A stretch of 64,000 nucleotides of DNA from positions 8,834 through 72,833 of the forward strand of contig MQRK01218605.1 of NCBI GenBank assembly GCA_001938485.1, read 5' to 3'. The DNA is from Girardia tigrina. Lineage: Eukaryota. Below, one piece after another: positions 36,308 to 47,060 of this stretch. The notes below the pieces were generated by a model. The model saw only the letters and a list, made by a program, of their open reading frames with translations. It was not told where the DNA came from and searched no databases. The position numbers and the translations under genes are program-made. Position 1 is the first letter of the stretch; every line of letters starts with the position of its first letter.

Positions 36308-39163
36308 CCGTAATTTCCCTATTATAAGCCGCACACTAAATGTAAGGATTTTAAGCCAATTTTAAATAAATCAGTTCAAAGGAAATAAACTAATAACACT
36401 ACATAATATATTCACCAAAATATTTTATTAGTTTTCTAAGAAATCATTTAAATTTTCATGATACTCAGAATTGCTATCAGTTACTGCATCTGAATCCACA
36501 GCTTGATTTTTGGTCTCAATTACACCTTGTACGCCAGAACTATTAATAATGCCTGCCTTAATGAAACGGTTAATGATTGTTGATGTTGGAATAGTGTTCC
36601 AACTTTCAAGAAACCATTTAGTTATAGTAACAAAGTCAACTCCTCCCTGTCTACCTGTTTTAGTAAAAGCATGATATCCGGACATCATCCACACTTCCCA
36701 AGTGTCTCTTAATTTGGTTTAAACGATTTATTGACTGAGATATCTAGATGTTGAACAATCTTGGTCAATCCACCCGGGATAACCGATAATACAGTATTGT
36801 TACGTCTTAGTAATGACTTTACAGCTTCGGTAAAATGTACACGCATTGAATCACAGATAAGCATTGAGGATGTGGGGAAGAACCAACCTGGTCTCTTAAT
36901 AAAAACTTCACCAACCTATGCTTGCATTAATTTTTCGTTCATCCATCCTTTTTCATTTGCCTTTACTACAACTCCATCAGGAAATTTACCTTTAGGCAAC
37001 GTTTTCCTTTTAAAAATTACCATTGGTGGTAAATTTAATCCACTCGAAGAACAAGCTAAAACAACATTACAGGATGTTTTTTTCGTTTCCCGTTGTCATA
37101 ATTGGAACTGATGTAGCACCAACTTGTTCAATGGTGTGATTAGCTTACATATCAAAAGGGATAAATACTTCATTCATATTGAAAATGTTATCATGATGTA
37201 TATTCTTCTCTGTAATTTTTGTTTGACAAACTCACGGAATATGCTGGCCTTTTCTTCAAAATCTGCAGGAAGGGGTTGGGTTAATGTCGTTTTGCACCGA
37301 ATCGAAAGATTATTTCGTTTCATGAATCTGGAGCACCAAGATTGTCCTCCTGATAAATTTATAATTCCCAAGTTAGTGTCTTGGCTTTGAGCCGTATAGA
37401 GACCGTTGAAATGCTTCTACCAACTGATCAAATTTCATAGACCTAATTCTTAAGATCATCTTCAAGATGTGCTCATCTTGGAATGTTTCCACGAAAGCTC
37501 TTACGAGATTTTTTAACTTGTCTCAACTCATCTTCTTGCTTTCTCCATTTTCTGATCATTGACTCATTGACATTGAGTTCTAATGCAGCTTTACGATTTT
37601 CATTTGATTGAGCTAATTTAATTGCTCTTAATCCACTCTGAGGTATATGAAGATCGGTTCATGGCTAAAATTGAAATAATTTATTATTAGGTGTACAAGT
37701 ATGAAATGCGGATTAAATTTTGAAAAGAAATACGTTAAAAACAAAAGAACGATAAAAAAAGCTTTATTCAAAATATGCTCCATTACTAATGATACATTTG
37801 TCCAATCTATATCTCAAATTGTGGATACCTTGCCAGTAAAAGTCTTCCTTTGTTTCCATGAACCATTCATCGACCTATTTTTGCACATTTTCGTAAGAAT
37901 CAAAGCGCTGCTGAGCAAGTGCGTGACCCATCGATGCAAACAAATGGTAATCTGAAGGAGCCAAGTCTAGTGAATAAGCCGCATGAGGTAAAACTTCCCA
38001 ATTCATTTCCTCCAACATGGCGCGAACCGGTTTTGATGTATGTGACGAAGCGTTGTCATGGAGAAGAATAACCTTGTGTTGCCTTTTGAGGTATTCAGGT
38101 CTTTTTTGAAGCAGCGAATGGTTTAAATCGACCAACTGTTGTTTGTAACGTTCGGTATTCACCGTTTCACCGGGTTTGTATAGTTCATAATAAATTACAC
38201 CCTTCTGGTCCCACCAAACGCAGAGCATTGTCTTTTTGCCAAAGCGATTTGGTCTGGCTGTCGATGTGGATGGCGTACTAGGGTCTACCCATGATCTTTT
38301 TCGTTTAGGATTATCAAAATAAATCCACTTTTCGTCCCCAGTAACGATGCGATGGAAAAATGACTTCTTTTTGTATCGTGCAAGCAAGATTTCACAAGNN
38401 NNNNNNNNNNNNNNNNNNNNNNNNNNNNNNNNNNNNNNNNNNNNNNNNNNNNNNNNNNNNNNNNNNNNNNNNNNNNNNNNNNNNNNNNNNNNNNNNNNNN
38501 NNNNNNNNNNNNNNNNNNNNNNNNNNNNNNNNNNNNNNNNNNNNNNNNNNNNNNNNNNNNNNNNNNNNNNNNNNNNNNNNNNNNNNNNNNNNNNNNNNNN
38601 NNNNNNNNNNNNNNNNNNNNNNNNNNNNNNNNNNNNNNNNNNNNNNNNNNNNNNNNNNNNNNNNNNNNNNNNNNNNNNNNNNNNNNNNNNNNNNNNNNNN
38701 NNNNNNNNNNNNNNNNNNNNNNNNNNNNNNNNNNNNNNNNNNNNNNNNNNNNNNNNNNNNNNNNNNNNNNNNNNNNNNNNNNNNNNNNNNNNNNNNNNNN
38801 NNNNNNNNNNNNNNNNNNNNNNNNNNNNNTATCAATTTATGAGTTACGTATGAGACACTACATAATTACTTAATATTATGACATCATTGCCTAACCATTG
38901 ACCTACTTTTTGCATTGTGCACAATCCGTTTTCTGAAATCCGCATTTCCTACTTGTACACCTAATATAACGTAAATTAACCGTAAAATAAAAATATACCG
39001 TAAAAAATTTTGAATTATGACTTGTTTAAAGAATATTTAAACAAATATTTAAATTAATTTAAAATATTTTTTGAACACTTAAAACATTAACGTATAAGTC
39101 ACAACTCTTAAATTATGACTCATTTCAGTTTTTTAAGTGCGACTTATAGTCCGGAATATACGG
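36308..39163 (-). mobile_element. pogo-family (POGK/Tc2-like) transposon, degenerate, with a nested mariner
   Basis: TA-flanked TIRs CCGTAATTTCCCTATTATAAGCCGCAC and (reverse complement) CCGTATATTCCGGACTATAAGTCGCAC; MNRSSYT...MIRKWRKQ Brinker-like DBD, WCSRFMKRNNLSIR and VIPGGLT..Q.LD. Confidence 0.9.
37687..38964 (-). mobile_element. Full-length mauritiana-subfamily (Mos1-like) mariner, transposase inactivated
   Basis: 28-bp ITRs TTAGGTGTACAAGTA(T/G)GAAATGCGGATT, TA TSD, ~1.28 kb including the gap; IVTGDEKWI, LLHDNA and AYSLDLAPSDYHLF (DD34D); premature TAG at 37875. Confidence 0.95.
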
Positions 39164-39719
39164 TAATTAAAATGTGATTAAGAGTAAAATCAAATTTTTA
39201 TATTATTAAATATTATTACTGGGAATAAAGTAATTAATCAGTAAAATATTTTATATAACTTATTCTGTAAAGTTTCTTAATATTCAATTAGTACTGCATT
39301 ACAGAATAGTTTGATGAAAACTAGAGTAAGAATACATTTTTTGTTATTAAAACATTTACAAGGGCATCTTAAATTAAAGTTTCATTATTTTACTAGCAAC
39401 TAAAAAGATGTTATTCGTCGTTTTGAGAAAATTGAAGTAATAATTATGTTATGATGTTGCTTCTAATTTAAAAAAGCAAATGAATCCATTCTGTTTAGCC
39501 CTTATTAACAACACAAACAAATTCATCTTTATAACAATTTTCAGTAACACCATCTTCAACAAGTATTTTCATTGATTGATATATTTTTATTTGTTTATTC
39601 AAATCTTGATTAATGAATGAGATTTTAAAATTGATAATTTATAATTTCTCATAATTTTATTGGGTAAGAATACACTAAGTAAATTTTAAAGTAAGCATTA
39701 ACTTTTTAAATTATATTAA

Positions 39720-41620
39720 ATGTAATAAGTTATATAATAGCACTTATATCTCAGATGCAAGTCATTACAGCCCAACTATCACCTCTAAGTACCAGAAATC
39801 ACAGAGAGCACCGTCTACAACAATAGCCGATCAAACGCAACTAATCACGAAGCACAAATCTTTGTTGGTACCACTCGAAGTCTGGAACCCGAGAGCGAAG
39901 ATGTCAATCCGGATGCACATGGAAAGGTGACACAGCCGAGTTCCATCTACATAATATATACATTTACCACTCCCGTTATGGTAACAAGGCAAAACGCTGT
40001 GCACCCGGGTGTTCTTTTCAACAACAAAAAAACTGAGATCGTCTTCGATCTTCGCCGCCGATAGAGAAGACGACGACAATTGGTACGGCATTTTTGTTTG
40101 TAATGCCACTATCAACGGCCAGGCCACCTCGTCAACGTCGTTCTTGACCGACACTGGGTCTACCATTTAGATTTTACCAAGATCTTTTAAGACACACATA
40201 AGTCCTACTTCCCGCTATCTCTAAGCCGCTAATAGATCAGTCGTCCACACATATAGAACAATGCAATTATCGTTCAAGCTCGTTGGCATAGTACAAAAGT
40301 CGTCGTTTTGAGATGTCTTCCGCATTTCTTCTGGGAAACAAGATCGGATTGTGACATATGATAAGAAGTGGATTCTCTACAACAATCGGCGAAGTTCGGC
40401 ATAATGGTTCGACCGCGATGAGGCTCCTTACCACTTTCTGAAAACGAAACTCTACCAAAAGAAGGTTAAGGTGACTGTTTGGTGGTCTACAACCGGTCTC
40501 ATCCATCACAGCTTTCTGAATACAGGTAAAACGATCACCGTAGAGAAGTACTGCCAACAAATTGACAAAATGGATCACGAGCTCTGAAGTATGTGTCCGA
40601 TGTTGGTCAATATGAAGAGGCCGATTCTCCTCCATGACAACGCCAAGTCACACATCACAAAATCGACCATTCAAAAGCTAAACAAATTGGGCTACGAAAC
40701 TCTGCCTCATCCACCCTACTCACCGGACCTCTCGCCCACTGACTACTATTTTTCAAGCATCTGGACAACTTCCTCCCGGAATAAATGCTTCAAAAACAAA
40801 GATGACGCCAAAGATGCCTTTAACGCTTTCATAGCATCCAGAAATCCGGTGTTCTATACTAGGGGCATCAGTAAACTTGTTTCTCGTTGGCAAAAATATA
40901 TTGATTCTGATGGTTTTTATTTCGATTAATAAAATGTATTAAGCGCTGAGATACATTTGTTTAAAGTTTAGGTTCAAAAACCTCAATTGTTTTTGCAACA
41001 ACATAATATCTTGTTCTAAAGAGGCAGTGAAAGCTTTCCAACAGACAAAACTGGATATCGTGTCGACCACCAGATAGCTCACTACGAATCACATTAACCA
41101 TAGACCCACTGAAAGTCACAATTGGAGCGGTCTTGACGTAGGAACGCGATAAAAAATCCGAACCTTTGGAATTATACTCACATCAACTATTTCCCAACCA
41201 AACACGGTACACTATCTTCGATAGAGAACTTCTCAGTGTGTTCCTATCGACCAAACACTTTGAACATTTGTTAATAGGCCGATCGTCGATAATTTACACG
41301 GATCACAAACAGCTGCTTAAATATTTCAGATGAAAAACTCATCACCTCACCAGCAGAGAAAAATCAGTTATCTGTCTCAATTTAATTAAAATTACTTTTA
41401 GGAACCAACAATGTCATAGCCGATTGTTTTTCACAAATTGAAATGGTATCATTGAACTTCAAACCATTATTTACTCAGGAAATTTTAGAAAAAAATTCAC
41501 CATCTGACAATGATTTGGCTAGCTTCAAATAATGACCGACAGCCTGCGGCCAAATTTACTTCGACACCTCTATCATAGATTATTTACGGCTGTTGTCTGT
41601 GACCTTTCCATCCATCGAGC
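39720..41620 (+). mobile_element. Gypsy gag/protease and RNase H fragments, split by a mariner
   Basis: CWYHSKSG knuckle, FLTDTGST and FDRELLSVFLSTKHFEHLLIGR..IYTDHK. Confidence 0.75.
40270..41006 (+). mobile_element. Cecropia-subfamily (Hsmar1/Dtmar1-like) mariner, 5'-truncated
   Basis: QKKVKVTVWWS..GLIHHSFL, PILLHDNA, LPHPPYSPDLSPTDY and SRWQKYIDSDGFYFD; 3' ITR ...TTTTGCAACAACATAA followed by TA. Confidence 0.92.
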
Positions 41621-41815
41621 GCAGTGATGAGCTATAAGGGGCTCGCGGGGGTTCGCGCGAGAACTTTGGTAAACGGTTCTATAATTTGCGTACCCCTTGT
41701 TCTTTTCGATAACTACTTGTATTTTTTCAAAATGAAAATATAATACCTTAAAAGTTTTAAGGTATAATTTGTATCTATTATTTATTGCATTCATTATTAA
41801 TATATATTTTGTTTT

Positions 41816-41930
41816 TGTGAGGAATGTTTTAAATTGTTTGAATGTGTAAATGTATGGATGCTGTATGTTGATCTAAGTATGTTGAATTTAGAATGGTGAT
41901 TCTCCCACCCAGATGGAAGTTGGTATTGGT
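41816..41930 (+). repeat. TGTGAG-terminal repeat family, copy E, joined to Gypsy pol
   Basis: TGTGAGGAATGTTTTAAATTG...TCTCCCACCCAGATGGAA; reverse complement of the copy C/D ends. Confidence 0.8.
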
Positions 41931-41944
41931 ATGGAAGTTGGTAT

Positions 41945-44905
41945 GGAAGTATACAACAGATTAAAGGGTCGACCAAGTATCAGAGTCATGATAGAGGACA
42001 CATAAATTGAATGCCTATTAGATATGGGAGCAGCCTTAAACGCGATGACAGAAGAGATACTTAAGAAATTAAAGAGCACACGAATGGAACAAACAAATCA
42101 GAAATTGACAACAGCAAACGGATTAAAAATAGATATTAGAGGAGTAATATAAAAACTGATAAAAACTGGGAAGAAATCAGAAAAAATAAGATTTATAATA
42201 GTAAATAATTTAAGACGAGACATGATTGGGGGCATGCCATTAATGAAAGAATTCGGAATAGAGCTACAATGGAAAGAAGATAAATAACAGGATACGAGTA
42301 AAATTAACATATGTGAAATCGAGGCAAAGTTTGGGAAAGGAATCGCAGACGAAGAACGAGGAAATGAAGCATTGAGAATGATCGATACGCGAAATGATAA
42401 AGCACTAGAGAAAATAATCCACCAATATCAAGGCATATTCATGGCAGACGACTGATATATCGACTGTACAAATTTGTTACGACACAGAATAGAAACAACA
42501 GGGGGACCTTTAAACATAAAACCGAGAAGACAGCCAGTACATTTAAATGACAAAATTGAGGAAGCAATAAAAAATCTATAGGAAAATGGAATAATTAAAC
42601 CATGCAATTCACAATGGAACACACCAATAGTATGTGTTTGGAAAAAAGACAAGGACGAAATCAGACAATGCCTAGATTTCAGACAGTTAAACCCAATTAC
42701 GAAGAGACAGGCATTCCCAATGCCAAATATAGCGGAAATGATGGATATGTTACATGGAACCAAATATTTTAGCACAATAGACTTGGGAAACGCGTACTAC
42801 CAGGTAGAATTGGACAAGGAATCACAAGAAAAACGGCCTTTTCAACTAAATCAGGACAATTCTGTTTTAAACGAATGCCTTTCGGGATAGCAGCAGCACA
42901 AGGAATATTTTAGGAACTAATGAACAAAGTATTAAAACCGATAAAGAAGGGAGCATCAGTTTATCTGGACGACATATTAATAGCAACAAGCACTAAGGAA
43001 GAACATTATAACGTAGTGAAAGAAGTATTTGGAAGAATAAAGGAGACAGGATTAAGAATCAAACCATCGAAATGTACAATATTACGACAATAAGTAAAAT
43101 TTTTCGGACACGTTATAAAGGGATACAGACAGACCAAGAAAAAATAGCAGCAATAGAGAATTTCCAAAGATCCTCATGTATCAAAAATTTAAGAATTTGT
43201 CTAGGAATTTGCAATTACTACAGAACGCGTACTACCAGGTAGAATTGGACAAGGAATCACAAGAAAAACGACCTTTTCAACTAAATCAGGACGATTCTGT
43301 TTTAAACGAATGCCTTTTGGGATAGCAGCAGCACAAGGAATATTTGCGAAATGAATATGCGAAGAAAGCTAAAATATTGGAAGGATTGTGTGACTCGAAT
43401 AAAGAAAAATAATTTGGACAGATCCATGTGAAATAGCTTTTCAGAATATGAAGAAAGTATTGATAACGGCACCAATATTGAGTTATCCAAATTTCAAAAA
43501 AACAGTTTATTCTAGATAGAGACGCTAGTTTCGACAGCATAGGGACGGTTCTATCGCAGATAGGTGAATCAGGTAAGGAGCAAGTAATAGCATATGGATC
43601 ACATTCTATGTCAGCACACGAAAAAGGATATTACATAACCAGAAAAGAACTTTTCGTAATTATTTACTTCTGCCAACATTTCAATCATTACTGGTACGGG
43701 AAAATTTTAAACTGAGAACGGACCATAAAGCTATAATGTTCATGTTTCGTACAAAGAAACCATTAATAGCTCAATTTCAAACGTGGATGAATTACTTGAG
43801 TAGTTTAGATATAGAAATAGAATACTGGAAAGGAGAACTACACAAGGATATGCTATCAAGACGGAATTGCGACACGTGTATCCAGTATCAAATGGAACAT
43901 GAAGAAGCTAAAAAGGGTAAGAATAAAACCAGATTGTTAGCAGTGACTACGAGGAGCCAAGCGAGAGCAGGTTAAAAAGAATGGATACTTAAAGAAAAAC
44001 GGAACGATTTAATCATACAGACACATAAATTATTGTGTCATGCAGGAGCAGAAAAAGTATACGAATATTTGATGGACAAGTTTGACATGGAGGAAGAAAG
44101 GAAAACTGTAAATGAGGTAATTGGAACATGCATGGATGTGCCAAAAAACAAAAACAATGACAACGAAGACAAAGGAAGAAAACGTTAAAATAACAGCGTC
44201 AGAAATATTTGAAAGGGTTTATATAGAAATATGTGGACCGTGGCATGAGACAGTAAGAAGGGAAAGATACATTCTCGGAATGATAGATCACTTTATCAAG
44301 TATATCAGCTTGACGGCAATCAAGAGACAGGACGAAGAAATAATTTTTCAAACAATATTACAAAAATGGATATTAAAATTTGGTGCACCAAAGTAGATAC
44401 ATGTTCATTGTGGTAAGAGTTTTGAGGCAAAAAAGTTAGAGAAATGTTGGAGATTAGAGGCGTTAAAATAATTTTCTCCAGTCCATACCACCACAATACA
44501 AATGGAATAATCGAAAGACAATTCAGGACCATACGAGAATTCATTCAAGCAAGTCTGAAGGAAAGGAATGCCATGAGTTGGGCCGATATATTTCCAGATG
44601 TTGAATTCACATTAAACGCAACAAAACAAAAAACAATAGGGTGCAGTCCAGCGGAAGTTGTGTTTGGTAATAAAATAGACAGACAACAGTGGTACAATGG
44701 AAGCAAAATAAACCGAGAGGATATAAGACAAAGAATAAAAGAAAAGAACATCCCGGAAGTAAATGAGACCGAAAGAGTATACAAGGTTGGAGATATGGTC
44801 TGGATACAGAAGGAAATAAGAACAAAAGACGAAGACAGATTTGAGTGACCATATGAAATCATAGAAAAGATTCATGATAGGAGTTATAGTTTGAAGGATA
44901 CTGTA
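41945..44905 (+). mobile_element. Degenerate Gypsy pol (PR-RT-RNase H-IN)
   Basis: CLLDMGA, CLDFRQLN, FSTIDLGNAYYQV, VYLDDILI, DAS..IGTVLSQ, H..LCHAG and SSPYHHNTNGIIERQFRT, in Gypsy order with many stops and frameshifts; 120-bp internal duplication. Confidence 0.93.
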
Positions 44906-45519
44906 GAACAACAAATTTGTCTTCTTACCCTAAGTTGACAAATCTATCGTTCTAGCTTTAGTTAATTTAGGACTAGACTAACCTAGAAGAATAATAAGTT
45001 AGTCTAGTTAAGCAAATAAAAATAAAGTAGTATAATATCCAAAAAAATAAACCGAAATGATCACCAAATAACTTTTAATATAACGAAAAAAATAACAATA
45101 ATCTCTAAACGCAACGCAATCTACTTGACAAGTCTAATAGCCAATAATCAATCAGAAAAAATGTCAGCAAGTCACGTCAGATCATAGAACGTAAACGAAA
45201 TAAAAAAATTTCCGTCTTTCATTAAATTAGCAGTGATAATAATTTAATTCTGGAATTGATATATTTTTATTGCTTGTTTTTTAAACTTTCAATTTTAAAT
45301 ATCCATGGACGATAATTAGCATTATCATTAATGTTCAGTTGATCTCACCCGTTATTTAAACGAAATCAGTAATAATGGTAAATGACGACGATGCTCTTCA
45401 ATATTCGTTTATCGATTCATATTCCGAATGGAAAGATATTTTGCTTGACAGTGATTATGATATAAATCCGAATTTCTTCCGAATCGAATATCCTTTTTGT
45501 ATTTACTAATTGATAATGA

Positions 45520-45848
45520 ATATGAAATTTAATGGTCGATGATATACTTGATGAGGTACTTTGAAGGTTGATATTGTAATTTTGATGGTTGCTGAGACAC
45601 ATTTGATAATTGATGATATAGTTGATAAGGTATATTTGATGGTTGAGAGTATGATGGTAATGGTTGATAATATAGTTCTTTTAGTATTTTATATATTATT
45701 CAGTATTTTCTTTATTTTTTACATGTTCTGCGGTGCATTGACATGATGGATGCAATACGTTGACATGATGAATGCATGCCGATATCACCTTGGATACGGT
45801 CACTTTTTGAATGGTTGATACGATAATGGTTGATAACATAGTATAATA

Positions 45849-45897
<49 letters not shown>

Positions 45898-45947
45898 NNN
45901 NNNNNNNNNNNNNNNNNNNNNNNNNNNNNNNNNNNNNNNNNNNNNNN

Positions 45948-45983
<36 letters not shown>

Positions 45984-46300
45984 TACATACATAATGCGCA
46001 TATATTCGAAAAAGCAGTAGATATCGATTTCTTCAAAAATGGAATATGTTTATTCATATATGACTTACTGTCCATGTATTCAAACAGATTTTTGATATTT
46101 TGCTTCCTGGGACCTCTATACCCTATGGGCATTTGACACCATATGTGGGCATTCTGCCTCACTGTGAGCGTTCAACATCACTTTCAACTATATTATATAA
46201 AAAACATAAATATATTACACTTTGCACAATTGTGAATTTATTGATTTGGCACACTTGCACTAGGCTGCACATGTGCAGTATTAATTAGGACATGTGCAGC
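45520..46300. repeat. Second copy of the GGTTGAT/(TA)n-associated repeat
   Basis: Colinear with 2683-3360. Confidence 0.75.
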
Positions 46301-46319
46301 ATACATTCAAAAATTATTT

Positions 46320-46464
46320 TAAATCTTTTGACTTTAAAATTAAATTATTTTTAATTAGTAGGAATCAAAAAAAATACCAATCATCCATCTGCTTAGGAGA
46401 GCCACCATCCGAATTAACATACAACATGTACAATATCAACACACAATTCAAAACATTCCTCACA
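46320..46464 (-). repeat. TGTGAG-terminal repeat family, copy F
   Basis: Starts TGTGAGGAATGTTTTGAATTG at 46464; closely similar to copy A. Confidence 0.8.
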
Positions 46465-46499
46465 GGAATATAATATTAAGATAATGCCTTTTAATGTTG

Positions 46500-47060
46500 G
46501 TTTTACAAGAGCGTGCGCAATAACGTTGCTGCTGCACTGTAGCTTTTGTGGGATGTCCTTGGGTTGTGAGTGGATGTCTAGTTGGTGCGAGAGCGGGAGC
46601 AGTGGATATGTAGTTGCGATGCCTCTAGGTTGAGGGGTTGACTAAGGGATAAATTTAATTTTGTCCCACCCGAAAGTCTCATGATGAGCCCGGCCCTCGT
46701 CATGCTGACTCCCGTGTCGATCAGAGTGAGAGTGCCAGCACCTGAGATGATTTTGATCATTAAAATGTTCCGATGAATATAGAGGAGGAATTTGCGTTCA
46801 ACCTGAACTTTTTCCGGCTGTAATTTAAAGCCGCATTTTTTCAGTAAGTCACTGTTGATTATCTCTGAGACAGAAACCAACTCGAATCCGTTTCAAATAG
46901 TATGCTAGATCTTCTGCACCAAGCGTAGCGTTTTCGATGCGCGTTTGGCTTAATAATTTTCCGATTTTTGCAGCGGTCAAGGAGAACTTGTTTTCATCAT
47001 TGAATACTTCCCTAACGACTTGGGAATCGATTTCTTTACCGATCAGTGTCATTGGAGAAA
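46500..47060 (-). mobile_element. Gypsy gag/protease fragment
   Basis: GC-richer block; TLIDTGVS protease-like motif. Confidence 0.5.

Noticed and set aside
9085-46464. CRISPR-like or regularly spaced array interpretation of the recurring motif
   Set aside because: Eukaryotic DNA; copies are kilobases apart, irregularly spaced and in both orientations.
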